This document shows, in pieces, positions 1-13,882 of a stretch of 64,000 nt of DNA. A program made the translations under genes and the position numbers. The first letter of the stretch is position 1, and every line of letters begins with the position of its first letter. Below the pieces are notes generated by a model. The model made no database searches. It was given only the letters and a program-made list of their open reading frames with translations, and was not told the DNA's origin. Origin of the DNA: Octopus bimaculoides (taxonomy: Eukaryota); assembly GCF_001194135.2 (NCBI RefSeq), contig NC_068990.1:86662595-86726594 (forward strand). Direction: 5' to 3'.

Positions 1-593
1 AAAATGATACGAGTGGTACAGTGTTTGCAAATGTAAAATTCACCATAACAAAACTAAGAAATTTACGAAAATTTCGAAATAGAAAAATTACTACTGTGAA
101 TTTCTCACTAATGAAGCCATTCCGAAGTACGATTTAACCGTTTGTAAAAAGAGGAAATTAGTTTTGGAGAGAAAGAAATCGTTCATGTAATAAAATTATA
201 ATTTTAATGATAACAACTTCATTGAACATCATTAAGTTATCAACTTTTTAGCATTTCGTGGTTTTATAGATTGAAACTGTTTCGGTGAGAGCAAGAAATA
301 GAGGGAGGGGCGGCAAAGTGCGAAAGGTTGTGGCCTAGGGGTTATGTAACCGTGTGTGGTAGCAGCATTGCTGACCGGACAAAATGGGGTGACTGCTCCT
401 TCGGCATTCAAAATGACAGTTTCCACATAAAGTTACATTTCTTAAGCGTTCACTTCTGATGGCGGGCCTTTGTATCTGAAATATATACAGGTTACTTAAT
501 TTTCCCTTTTCACATCGTTAGAAGTTCTCTGTCTTCATCATCTGTTACACGTATTACTTCTCTATTACAATAGATACTGATTCATTGGAATTT

Positions 594-740
594 CAGTGCG
601 TAACTGGTACTTATTTAATCAACCCCGAAAGGATGAAAGCAAAGTTGACCTCGGCGGAATTTAAACTCAAAACGTAACTGGAGACGAAATACCGCTAAGC
701 ATTTCACCCGGCGTTCTAACGATTCTGCCAGCTCGCCGCC
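594..740 (-). mobile_element. SINE family B copy
   Basis: Reverse complement matches the 18695-18907 head and central domain. Confidence 0.88.
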
Positions 741-1424
741 CTTAGAGATTACACTTATAGTCGCCGAAGTGTAAGAAGCCTTGATATTGTTCTACACCCG
801 CGCGAGCGCGTGCGTGTGTGGCTCATTAAATACACAACTATGTTCAAGTTTATCTTTTCACTTCAGATCTTTCTTACTTATTAGCGTTTTACAATCGGTT
901 TGGAACAACAGAATTCCTATACCCATGTCCAACGTTTCGAGGCGTTCACAACTTCATTATACAGAACTTATTTGTGTATATTACACGTTGTGTACGTTAT
1001 ATTTATGAGGATACTAACACCAAGCCCGTATCTGCCGAAGTCGGCGGCTATAATCATAGATAAACGTCAGGGCAGAGGCGAGATTTACACGTATGAAGAT
1101 CTGCTACTCTTTCAAAAACTATTCTTTTCTAGGCCTTTTAACATGCATGAGCAAATGTGTGGTGACTGCTGACTGATACAATCCCTACTTTTATAATAGT
1201 GAAGTGTTTCGTGTGACAAGGTTATATTATATGTATCGTGTTGTCAATGTTCTATATTTGCCTTATAGGATGTATTGGAAGTATATTCTATTCTTGCCGT
1301 TTAATTCACATCAACATAGATTAATATCCCCTCTAGCTGTTAGTCGATATCCAATCTCAGCAATCAAATATTTCTTTTAGATGAACTAACAATGTAACTG
1401 CCTAAATTAATGTGCGTCTATTGA

Positions 1425-1470
1425 ATATATATATACATATATATATATATGTATATATACATACATTTAT

Positions 1471-1561
<91 letters not shown>

Positions 1562-1715
1562 CACATATGTATACATATATATGTATGTACGTATTTCTAA
1601 ATATATATATGTGTATATATACATATGTATGTGTGTATACACACATATATGTATATATACATATACATATATATACATACATTCTTTTATATATATCTAT
1701 ATATATATATGTATG

Positions 1716-1749
<34 letters not shown>

Positions 1750-1752
1750 TAT
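1425..1752. repeat. Compound microsatellite (TA/CA/TATG)
   Basis: Directly visible. Confidence 0.95.
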
Positions 1753-3789
1753 GAATAAGTTCTTTAATAAAACTTTCAATCAACATTATATGTAATGGGG
1801 ATGTTTAAATATTTATGAGCGATAAAATGAAGGCTTAGGGAAATAAATATTTATGGAATAATTTTAGTTTTTAAATCTGTTTATGTTTCTTTCATTTCTA
1901 ACATTGACTCAAAACCATAATATATTTCATATTTAATGTTTCGTAATTACTAAAGTTATTCTATAAACAATTCTACTACAATTGGTGTTGGAGGCGGTTG
2001 AATACCTAATATTTTTAGTGGGTAAACTCTCTGTCTCTTCAGCCTGCAAATAGGTTTTGATATTTATTTGATGGCGAAAGCAATCCACAGTAGTTTCACG
2101 GTTAACTTATAATTGCTAAGAGTCCTGGTGTGACTTATGGATAAGTTCCTCATCCAGTCCTGGATTACTTCCTAATGTACAACCATGTGATAACATGTCT
2201 TCGATCATACCTCTGCTCGACTGAAGCCTCCAGAAAACATTTTGATAGAAAATATATGGAAGATCTTTGGTGGAAGATATTTTATTTATGTGGCTGATTT
2301 ATATCGTAACAGGCCGAAACTGTAATGATGATTGGAAGCTTGACTGAAGAATAGAAAGCCACGAATGTTCCGTCCTGTTTTTTCCTGTCCGTTTTTGTAT
2401 CGTCCTTCTGTCCGTATGTTTTCATTGTCATCCGTTACGTTCGTGTTACGTTTTTTGGTTGATGTATTGTAATATACCAAGTATTTTTGTTGAAGGTTCT
2501 ACTCTGCTTCAAGATTTCGAACGAGGTCTAGAGTCTGAAGGATAATTCCTTCGTTTCTCAAGGTAGCTGAGAAGGTCAGAAAACGATTATGACAGAGATG
2601 TTCCTCTCCAGAAAAAACTGTAAGGAATATGTGCAGTTGCAAAATCAATTACATACATACATACATAAATGCAGATTCATTCATACACAAGATATACACA
2701 AAAAATAACACACATACAAAATCCCGTGCTGGTATACACATGCAATTATCTAACTATCTGTCTACACACAGCCTCGCGCGCGCGTACATATATATATATC
2801 TTTATATAGGTTTGTGTGGATGATAAATAACATATGTAGACATATGCAATGATCTCTTTCTCTCTCTGTGCATACACACATACATATATATACATAAATA
2901 TATATACCCATAAATATACACAAGCAAACACACATACGTACATACATACATACATACATACATACATTCATATATATATATATATANNNNNNNNNNNNNN
3001 NNNNNNNNNNNNNNNNNNNNNNNNNNNNNNNNNNNNNNNNNNNNNNNNNNNNNNNNNNNNNNNNNNNNNNNNNNNNNNNNNNNNNNNNNNNNNNNNNNNN
3101 NNNNNNNNNNNNNNNNNNNNNNNNNNNNNNNNNNNNNNNNNNNNNNNNNNNNNNNNNNNNNNNNNNNNNNNNNNNNNNNNNNNNNNNNNNNNNNNNNNNN
3201 NNNNNNNNNNNNNNNNNNNNNNNNNNNNNNNNNNNNNNNNNNNNNNNNNNNNNNNNNNNNNNNNNNNNNNNNNNNNNTTATTTTTCGCATTGTTAGGTTT
3301 CCAACAATATACCTAGAGGAACATTATAACGTAATACTTCTAAATGCCTCATATATTTCAATTACATCCTATATGAACCAGACGATTCAAGGTAATTTAT
3401 TAGTTAAATATTTTATTCATGTTACTACTTTGATCTCCTAAATAATACAGAAAATTATAGATTTGACTTTGGCATGGTATCAGACACCATAATGAATGCT
3501 AGAAAAGGGAAACCTTGCTGCTTCCAATGGTTGAATGGTAAGTGTTTCAGTCGGCTTTCGGGCATAGACGAGATATGATTTATAAAACATCTTTTTGAAA
3601 GAAAGGCTATTTTTATAATCGAAAATTTAAAGCTCTAAAGACATATAAATTATATTTATGTTTTATTCTCTGCATTGTTAGGCTTTCCTGTCTGTTACGA
3701 AAATATCATTATCCTTCAATGATTCTAGATACCCAAGTCTTTCAATTACGCTTACATGTGTGTGTTTTTGTGTGTGTGGGGCGTGTATA

Positions 3790-4360
3790 TATATGGCAGC
3801 GAAACCTGGACTCCATATTGTAGCGATGTCCATAAATTAGAATGCTTTCTCCAACAAAAGCTTCGTTCAATACTGAGCATCAAATGGAAACACTATGTAA
3901 CCAACAACAAAGTCCTGGAAAGAGTCAATAGTCAAAGTATCGAATCGCTGATCGTAAAACACCGTTTTTGGCGGTCAGGACATGTAGCAAGAATGGAAGA
4001 GTCAAGGTTCCCACGCCAAGTCTTATTCAGTGAGTTCACTTCAGGCATACGATCACGGGGTTGTCCTTTGCGAAGATACAAGGACCGACTCAAAGCAACA
4101 CTAAAAGGTACTGGAATTGAGCCATCGGAACCAAAAACTTCGAAGCGACCAGTAAAAAAAAGAGGAGGAAATCAAACGGCAGGAGAGAATGGCTCGACAA
4201 AATCCCCACCGTCCTCTACCAACATTGCAATGCCGTCAATGCCATCGTCTCTTCTATGCAAGAATTGGTCGACAGAGTCATCAATGACATCACCATAAAG
4301 GAAGCATTCAGCAAAGAAGAAAATCAATACTCGGATACGAGATAAGGCCGCCACCCATAT
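3790..4360 (+). mobile_element. RTE-clade LINE 3' fragment
   Basis: ORF 3756-4298 contains YGSETWT...KLRSILSIKW...VTNNKVLER...GHVARMEESRFPRQVLFSE...RGCPLRRYKDRLKATLK, typical of the RTE post-RT domain. A frameshifted C-terminal zinc-finger-like LQCRQCHRLFYARIGRQSH follows, then a microsatellite tail. Confidence 0.9.
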
Positions 4361-4368
4361 GTACATAT

Positions 4369-4431
<63 letters not shown>

Positions 4432-4497
4432 NNNNNNNNNNNNNNNNNNNNNNNNNNNNNNNNNNNNNNNNNNNNNNNNNNNNNNNNNNNNNNNNNN

Positions 4498-4539
<42 letters not shown>

Positions 4540-4659
4540 ATACATATACATATATACCTATATATATATGTATATATACACCTATATATATATACATATA
4601 TACATACACACACACATACATATATATATATTATATATATAGATACATACATACACACG

Positions 4660-4723
<64 letters not shown>

Positions 4724-5547
4724 ATGTATATATATATTTGCATACATATATGTGCGTATGTTTGTGTGTGTGTATTGTAAGATATAAAAAAAAGACGAGT
4801 TGAAGCAATATACTGATCAAAGGAAAATGCTAGATTTATCTATTCAGTAAAGCAATTGATGAGATTTACAATATTGACACTAATGTTTGATGAAATACTG
4901 AACTAAATCTTCTTAACGCTCCTCTTCAGCAGGTGCTAGTCTTCTGTAAATGAACAGTAGTAAGCTTATATTGAACCTATATAAATGTAATTACTTATAA
5001 AAGATGACATCTGTCTTATGAAAACTTTCAAGTCTGGCTCTTTATGGCTTTGATTTTCAGCTTGAGAAAAGGAAGCAAAACAAAACTGTTGATATTCATC
5101 TGTTTCATGTCACATTTTCACAGGCTGCATAATTCGAATTCTTGTTAAAAGATTATCGTTTTGCTTGAACTTTCATCACGAATCTTCAGGCGAAAAAACT
5201 ATGTTACAAAACTGCGAAACTGTGAGTAAATTTTTAATCAGATATGGAACCATATCTTTATAAATCCTCTACGCATATGCACAGTGTTTCCTCACTTTCT
5301 CGCTAAGTATACTGTTTATACACGGATGCGTACAAAGCAAACACCGGACGCACGTATTTAATAGACTTTAACAAAAGAGGCGACAAGCCTCGTTTCTCTA
5401 AACATCGATAAGTAAAAATTATGATCAGTGTTCTGAGAAAAATGCTATAAATAGGGAATAAAGAATAAAGGTAAAATTAATAGTGATGAATTTCGTCCTA
5501 TGTGCATCGAACAATTATGATACGAAAGAAGCTTCAGCACACGTCCA

Positions 5548-5925
5548 GAGGCGGTGGTCTGTCAAAATGTTAACACTGTAAAGACGGATCCATCTGTTAA
5601 TGTTACTGCCTAAACGAATAGCAAAACCAAAAGAGAACGATGGATAGATGCTGACAACTACAATGAAATGATATACACACACTACAATGCAACACTATAC
5701 CAAAGAATCGCAGAAATAAACTCATATATTAAATACACAGAGGCGATGTTCTGTCAAAACGTTAACGCTGTAAAAAAGGAGCTATCTCTTAATGTGACTG
5801 CCCAAACGAATAATAAAACGAAAGGAGAACGATGAACGGATGACGACGACTACAATTCAGTGATATATGCTAACTACAATGTAATGCTCCCAAAACACAC
5901 AAGAATAAATTTATTCACTAAATAG
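5548..5925 (+). repeat. Diverged 192-bp tandem duplication
   Basis: Units start GAGGCG(G/A)TG(G/T)TCTGTCAAAA at 5548 and 5740 and are colinear throughout. Confidence 0.88.
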
Positions 5926-6865
5926 CCGATGAAATGAAGAACCCCACAAGAAGCACTATATAGGCCCGATACACAACAGAAGAACACATCCTGCACAACA
6001 CACACCACACAACACAATACAAACACTAATAAAACAGCTATCTCAAACCAAACTCAATATCAAAACATACTATATATTCGTTCTTCACACATTTATTATT
6101 GTTCTTATTTAACTCATATCCATTGTCCGGAAATCTTACGCCACACATTTGTGACCTTGTCCGTCCTCGTGTGTGTTTATTTGGCAAACAAAAATGTCTA
6201 TCCCAAAATACAACAATATCTGTTTCAACACATGGTTTCACATCAAGAATCTTGCAACACAAATACATAAACGTCTATATATATATATAGATTAAATATA
6301 TCCTTCGTCACATTTCTCTTTTCTAATCCACATTCATGCTTCTATTTTTGAATTACTTTTTCTTTTTACTGTTCTTTTGTTTCCGTTCATGTTGATTTTG
6401 CAAGATGACGGATGGTCAAGCACAAGCGAATTTTTAATACTTGAAGGAAACCTTCATTCTCTTTCAGTGACTTGGGATTATAAACACATACGCACTTCAC
6501 ATCCCTCTCTCTCTCTCTCTTTCTCTCACCTCCACACTACTACTTGCACGAAGAATATGGAGAGAAATATTCCATAGATCTTTCAAAATGTTTGCTGGAA
6601 GACTTTGTAATTTTAGCGAATGTTTTATCCATTTTTAGAGTGTCAGGATATAAACTTGGCAGTCTTCATTTGATTAAAAGAGCAATATGTCAAGTCTTGT
6701 TTTCAACATAATATCCGCTGTTTTTTGACAATTTAAAGGAAATAGTTTTTGACTCTAAATACCAGAATTTAAAGCTTATTCAGATAATTTTTGTGAAAAT
6801 ACTGTTATTAGTGTTTAAGTAGATTTTGTTGTGTTGACTGCAGATTACATCCGCAGTTCTTTACA

Positions 6866-6982
<117 letters not shown>

Positions 6983-7149
6983 CATGCCAGTTATTGTTTT
7001 ATCATGTGTTGTCTTGCACACCAATGATGATGCCACAAAAGATTCCTTGCATTGTCATAGGAGTTAAAGTATAATATTTTAGTAAACAAAACTTTCATGT
7101 GCGTTAACTTATTGCTCCGAAAAGATGTTTCAATTAAATACGGCAAGTT

Positions 7150-7600
7150 TTTAGAAGATTTTCGATGGTTTGGCTAGGTTGTGTCCTCAGCTTTCACTAT
7201 GCTCCGAGCCTTCAATATTGATGTGATCGATATGGTTAATGCTTGTCTTGAACAGAAACAAATCTACAGCTACAGCGAAAATAAGGACATGCACAAAATT
7301 CCAGTGAAACAATGTTTAGAAAAGAAACGATTAGAAATTGTCAGTGCGAGGCCTGTGAGTGGACAGAATACAAGTTGAATGAATCAGGCGATCCTGAGTC
7401 GATGTGACAAGACCAACTAGTTCATAGAAGTAGAAGATGAGGTCGCATATATGTGGGCCGCAATTTGGAAAATATTGGCAACAAACTCAGGTGACCAATC
7501 TATGTCTTTATACGTGGCAAATGTGCCGTCCCAGATGTTGAAACAATATTCTATTCCGAGTTGAGTTGAGTCTTGTTAACTCAGATGTTTTCGCTTGGTT
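7150..7600 (+). mobile_element. Possible decayed LINE endonuclease remnant
   Basis: Faint APE-endonuclease-like pieces (YAP-like, IDVIDMVNA resembling xxxGDFNA). Heavily degraded. Confidence 0.3.
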
Positions 7601-7989
7601 TTACTTAAATCATGATTTCATCTCCATAGTATCATTCATTTGAAGGATATAGTCTGGTATATATGATAATTGGTTTTGTTTGTGCTTTCACATTTGTGAG
7701 ATCGAAATGATTGATGTTCAGGTTGAGGATCTGTCTGTTGAATATTTTCAGAAAATGAATGGACAGAGAATTCACGGAAATAAATAGTAGATAATATTTA
7801 GTCAGACGTTTAGAAATACCGGACACAATATACAATGGAATATTGTGAAGTGTAGCATCTAGAGAGCCACAGTAGAAGTGATGTTTGCACCCCTAATAAA
7901 CGTAGCGGCAGAAATGGCAGATATGGAATAGTTTATCAGTGATAGGGATTATTGTAGCGTATGGTGAGTGGGTCTTGGCCAATCACTTT

Positions 7990-8196
7990 TCTTTTATTCT
8001 TTTATTTTTTTCAGTCATTTGATTGCGGACTTGCTGGGGCACCACCTTTAGTCGAGCAAATCGACCCCAGGACTTATTCTTTGTAAGACTAGTACTTATT
8101 CTATTGGGCTCTTTAGTCGAACCACTTACTTACTGGGACGTAAACACACCAACATCGGTTGTCAAGCGATGGTGGGGGGACAAACACAGACACAAA

Positions 8197-8228
<32 letters not shown>

Positions 8229-8394
8229 CGACAGGCATCTTTCAGTTTCCGTCTACCAAATCTACTCACAAGGCTTTGGTCTGGTCGGCCCGGGGCTATA
8301 GTAGAAGACACTTTCCCAAGGTGTCACGTAGTGGGACTGAAACCCAGAACCATGTGGTTGAGAAGCAAGTTACTTACCACACAGCCACTCCTGC
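7990..8394 (-). mobile_element. Full-length tRNA-derived SINE family A (internal microsatellite)
   Basis: Head GCAGGAGTGGCTGTGTGGTAAG...GGTTTCAGTCCC, internal (TA)n, 3' module GAATAAGTAC...GGGGTCGAT...CAGTCAAATGACTGAAA-like, and (AAAAGAAT)n tail. Confidence 0.9.
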
Positions 8395-9200
8395 ATAGTT
8401 TATTTTGGAAGTTCTAAGACATTAATGTGCGTAGATTTTATAAAGACACCACTGTAATCTTAGCCTCAAGTGAAATGTGTATAAAATTTGTATAATTTCA
8501 TAAGTTAGTCATATCAGAGATGGAAATATGGTCTTTGAAATACTGTTTCGTCAAATGCAATGGTGTACATTTTGAACTCAAAACTAACCGAAATGAAATT
8601 TTTCCTCAAACTTCATTTGTCGATTCTTTTTCGAATAGAAAGTCATTAGATATTTTTCAAATTCACTCATCATTCTTATCATAAATATTAAATAAAGTTC
8701 ATTAGTTATAACTGGGGACATTACAGATAATAATTCCCTTGCAAAAACTTGTAACAAAGAGAGCCAAATGAAAATGTAATTTTAATGCATCCTACAAGCT
8801 ATGAATTCTATTTCCACAGTTGCATCTCGTTAACAATTTGTTGAAAGAGGATTCATTGAAACTCTAAATGATTTCTCACCATTCTATGATAATGAAATAT
8901 CATTTCCATGTAAGATTAATTTTTCAGCACTGAGCTGGGGAACCAGTTGTATTTATTCATTTATTTATTTCTGAACAGATTGTGAATGTTAAAAGGTAAT
9001 TCTTCTGCAACATGTGACTATTATAAATAGAGAGAATGGTTAATTCATTTTATGAAAACCAAGTTTGGATTATCTAATTTCATTAATGTGCAAAAGAGAA
9101 TTATTATGGATGCAGATGTTTGAAGCTCCGTCTATTACAATTGCAAGACACGTATTATTATTATTTCATTATTGTTAATTTTTATCATACCCAGATCAAA

Positions 9201-9595
9201 GCACTGAGCTGGTAGAAGCTTTTACACATCGGACCAAATGCGTAGCAGCATAACTTCCGTATTTTTACGTTCTGAGTTCAAACACCACCAAGATCAACTT
9301 TGCCCTTTATCCGTCCGGGGTCGATAAAATAAGTACCACTCAGGTACTGGGGGTCGATGCAATAGATTTACCAATCCCCTCCAAACTTTTGGTCTTATTA
9401 ATTCCCACATCAATGGCGGTGGATCGAGAGTGTAGTTGGAACCTTGGACAAAAATGACTTCAGCATTTATTCCAGCTCTTTTAAATTCTAAGTTCGGCGG
9501 TTCAAATCTCGCCGAAGTCCAATTTGCCATTCAACCTTTCCAAATGGATAAAATTAATTACCAATTGTGTCCTAGGGTTGATTTAATCAACTGAT
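9201..9595 (+). mobile_element. Two head-to-tail diverged SINE family B copies (about 9201-9395 and 9415-9595)
   Basis: Both carry GTTCAAA B-box and GATAAAAT(A/T)A(G/T)TACCA central-domain remnants. Confidence 0.8.
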
Positions 9596-10384
9596 AAGGG
9601 TTAGCGAGCGTCCATTCCTCATTCAACTAAACTATTAAAACGAAAAATAAAAATTAATCATGTTAGTGAAAGACTAGCTTCATGAAGATTAGTAAAGCAT
9701 CGTAACTTTCATATTATAAACTCTGGCAACATTCTGGACACATACATGAAATCGCCAAATACGAATAAAAAATTTACGTTATAAACAGACATATTGCTTT
9801 AGACCAATATCAAGATATCTAACTAAAATTGCTGTATGTCAAACTGAAATAACTGTAATGACTAGAAATAGTGGTCGGAAAGGTAATGGTGATTACAACT
9901 GTCACTTATGAGATGAACTTACGTTTGTCTGTCTGGAGATGGGGACAGATAGTGAATTCAATTACAGGTGAGTTACAAAAGTACACCGACCGTCTGTACT
10001 ATGATTAGATGGTTAAACAGTTATTAATGAAACCGTATGGTTCTAGGTTTGTTCAAAGTTGGTGGCGACTTGGGTAAGTATCTTATATACACACGGGTTT
10101 ATCAACATATTATACGCTGAATATATAATGGAAATTTTGCGGGCGTGTAAAAAGATATACGTATAAACATAGACCTCACACACACGCATGCACACAAACA
10201 CATACACACACATACACACATATACCTATGTCTATACGGTTTATGTGTATACATATACGCACTTATACACACGTCCGTACGCACAAATGCGTGCGCGCAC
10301 ACATACACACAGATACACGAAATGCACATCACTCCACAAAATGCACGCACTAGGTATACTTATACACATACGCACACAAGGCCC

Positions 10385-10424
<40 letters not shown>

Positions 10425-11474
10425 CAAAGTTATGAGAGGTATTGGTATGCAGAAGACTCAAGGTGGCAGGTAACGCTATGTAAATATTTAACTCTCGTTT
10501 CCATTATCATAGGTGTGAGGAGTCTAATTTCGATCTTGTATAAGTATAGGTAAGCATAGATAATTGGGTCACATGAATCAATTATTCTTTCCCCCTCATA
10601 AAAACTCTACTACCCTCTAAATTTCCCTGTTCTGTCAAATGAAATAGTAACTGTATCACTGTAAATGGTTTAGCCCTGTGGATTTTAAACCATGTTAAAT
10701 CATTTTGAATGTCCTTTATTTTGAAGTTCATGAATTCATCTGACAGCATTGAGCTGTGTCTGTATTAAACAAACTTATCTCTCTAGGATTGAGTCTGCAC
10801 ACTTTTAAGAAGACAGCGTGAGTTGTAATTTGTATGCCGCATGACTCACCTATGTAAATAGAAACCGCTTTACAACGGAACTGACAATTGATTCATTAAC
10901 TTTCAGTGGTGAATCAAATTCCTCCTGCGGGAAAGTAACTGGATATTCACAAATGTCTCCTGCGTGAGAATATTTATCTTTCGCCAGCTAAATTTCACAG
11001 AAAACTTGAGAAAGGCAAAGGCTCCATGGAACCGTAGCATTAAGAACAATTTTCATCAATACTTTATTAAAAGAACAGCTTCCATTATTTACATGTTTTC
11101 TATGATCATAAATCAGAAGACATAAATAGAACGTGCGGTTTTGTTTTGCGAAGGAAACGACCGAAATTTCGCATGTTCTGCGCATGGCAACGAGTACTTA
11201 AATGTTTGACATATTGGCTTTTGTTTTAGCGACCAATCAAATCACGATTCACTGCTCACTGTTCAAAATTCTATGGGATTGCTAATTTTCTTTTGTTAAC
11301 AACACATTGAAATTATGCTTCTCCAAAACCATGGTTTGTAACAAGTAAAAACCACAAGCTGTTACAATTCAAGGAGTTTCATTTTCTAACAAAGAATTCA
11401 TGTCGTGCTTATTCATTCAAAGAGTATATTTTACCACCTTGTGTAAACAGCATTTTATATATCTACTTTATATG

Positions 11475-11670
11475 CACGTTCGGAGTGAGGACCAATTATT
11501 GCAACAGTTTTAGTTTCAAAGGTGCATAGCATGGAGTGGGGGTAGATGTTTTCAAGACACAACTTGAATTTCTGCTATCCAAGATCACTGATGAACTTAG
11601 ACCACGACAAGAAACACAAAACAAACCAGCAATATCAAATGCCGTTTCACCAAAGGCCATTCACAACAGC
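11475..11670 (+). mobile_element. CR1-like LINE 3' fragment
   Basis: YCNSFSFKG-like piece followed by GVDVFKTQLEFLLSKITDE, resembling the CR1 C-terminal (V/L)xxFKxxLDxFL motif. Confidence 0.6.
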
Positions 11671-11750
11671 ATTGCCATTGACAAGGTCATAATACTGACA
11701 GTGCTCCATGACCGCAGACTTTGGGCTGAAACGCATAAAAGAAAAACGTG

Positions 11751-11782
<32 letters not shown>

Positions 11783-11792
11783 CACACATATA

Positions 11793-12022
11793 TATTAGGT
11801 TGTCAAGAAAGTTCTTGCGATTTTTAACCTTTAAATTCAGATGCACATATCTCGGCTCAAACAAAACTTTATTAATCGAAATAAACACCATCCGAATCAA
11901 CACACTTTTTCCAACGCGAAATGAGTTTATTTTTGCCAGTAGCGTAAAAATCGTGCGTTCTGGTGGCGATGAAGTCGTTCAAGGCGTGTTTGGCATCATC
12001 TTGGGTTTTGAAGCATTTCTCA
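11793..12022 (-). mobile_element. Mariner DNA transposon 3' end with terminal inverted repeat
   Basis: Minus strand EKCFKTQDDAKHALNDFIATRTHDFYATGKNKLISRWKKCVDSDGVYFD* is the mariner transposase C-terminus (FYxxGIxxLxxRWxKCxxxxGxYF). TA|TTAGGTTGTCAAGAAAGTTCTTGCG at 11793 resembles a mariner TIR after a TA target. Confidence 0.88.
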
Positions 12023-12065
12023 CGCATACATACATACACACTCACATAATATAAANNNNNNNNNN

Positions 12066-12113
12066 ATATATTAAAGTGAATCATTGTACAATCTTCCACC
12101 TCTATGCGTTCGA

Positions 12114-12148
<35 letters not shown>

Positions 12149-12626
12149 TGTGTGTCTGTGTATGCGTGTGTCCATGAGTGAGTTTGCATTTCTCTCTATA
12201 TGTACATAAATAAAGATGTACACACACACATACACGCACGCACACACATATATGTCTATCTATCTATCTANNNNNNNNNNCATAACAGTTTAAAAAAGAA
12301 GAATGACACTTTGGAAAATATTCATCATTGAATATATACAACAGTAGGAAGGTGACGGCTGGAACGTCACTGATTGTGGGTCTGTTCAAGAAGTGCCTAT
12401 CTGGAGACAAATTCAGAAACATATAGCTCCATATGTGAGCATAGTTTGTAGCTTCCATTTTGTTACACATTTAGCGTGAGTTACGATTGTAAACAGGCCA
12501 TTATTTTTCATTTGCTTGCTCCTGTTAGTTGACATTCCCCATGCGGTTGTTCGGTCGCTCCATTTAATTGGCGGTGAAATATATTAAAGTGAATCATTGT
12601 ACAATCTTCCACCTCTATGCGTTCGA

Positions 12627-12661
<35 letters not shown>

Positions 12662-12767
12662 TGTGTGTCTGTGTATGCGTGTGTCCATGAGTGAGTTTGC
12701 ATTTCTCTCTATATGTACATAAATAAAGATGTACACACACACATACACGCACGCACACACATATATG

Positions 12768-12783
<16 letters not shown>
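12066..12783 (+). repeat. Identical 205-bp duplicate (12066-12270 and 12579-12783), probable assembly artefact
   Basis: The copies appear identical, including the (TG)n length. The first copy is flanked by short N gaps on both sides. Confidence 0.8.
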
Positions 12784-12833
<50 letters not shown>

Positions 12834-13882
12834 CATCTATCTACCTCTGTGTCTGTCTGTCTTCCTATCTACTTAGCTATCTAAGTGTCAACCAATCACA
12901 TTATCTATCCTCTTATCCCTCTCTCTCCCTAAGTCAGTATCTCAGTATCTGTCTATCTATCTGCATATCAATTTGACTATATCCGTTTTTAAAGCTTACT
13001 TACAATATATTCGCCATTGTTTCAGGCTAGAATGTTTCCATTCCTCAATCGATTTAGCACTAATATATAATGTTACCATTATAAGTTCTGTGATAAATGC
13101 ATTGTTCCGGGTGCAGAAACATTCACCGAGATTCTGGGGCTGGAGAAGCAGAGGGAATAACTGGAGAAGAATAAAATAAAAATACAAAAATAAAAATGAA
13201 ATAAAAGGCCCAAAATAAGTATACATAAATTGCAACAACGTACAACAAATGTAAAAGAAAATAAAATGAAAAATAAAGAAAAGTAGAAAAATATATTTTC
13301 AGGAGAAACATGTATGACAAAATAATGAATGGTATTGCAGTAAATTGCCTACCAAGTGGGACGTTTTCTGCGAAAGGTTATGCCATCAGTGAAATACATT
13401 GAGAAAAATTTGAAGAGGAAGTCCAGTATTGAAAGGTGACCGTATAACATGATTATCTAGCATGAAACTAAAATATTAAAGTGTTTTAGATATAAACATT
13501 ATAAACAAATAACGCCTGCAAAGTATAGTCACGTTGAAAATGAACGTGAAGAAATCCTAGAGATCACACATATATCGACAAACACGCATTCGTACAAACG
13601 CTCACGCGCATAAGTATAAAGTATTTACACAAAGGTGGTTGATCTCTGAGTCACACGCACACAAAGATACATAGACACACACACACACAAACATTTATAT
13701 ATAAATTTAGATACAAATATACGTATGTGTGTAGGCATGCATATATGTATGTCTGTGTATAAAATATACAAGCACACAGGTCATTGATCTCTGTCCAACT
13801 ATACTTCAGATTATTGATATAGTTGACAAAGCTGACAGTGTTTTAAATATCTAGAAACACATGTTTTGTCGAAATGTTGCCG

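Noticed and set aside
1412-1758. YI/HT/CV-repeat ORFs here and throughout, and all X-rich ORFs
   Set aside because: Translations of microsatellites and N gaps.
12066-12783. 205-bp direct duplication as a biological event
   Set aside because: Identical copies, the first bracketed by tiny N gaps; most likely a scaffolding artefact.
13332-13365. AVNCLPSGT here versus AVNCLSSGT at 28310-28340 (minus)
   Set aside because: A 13-nt match is expected many times by chance in AT-rich 64 kb; the flanks do not align.
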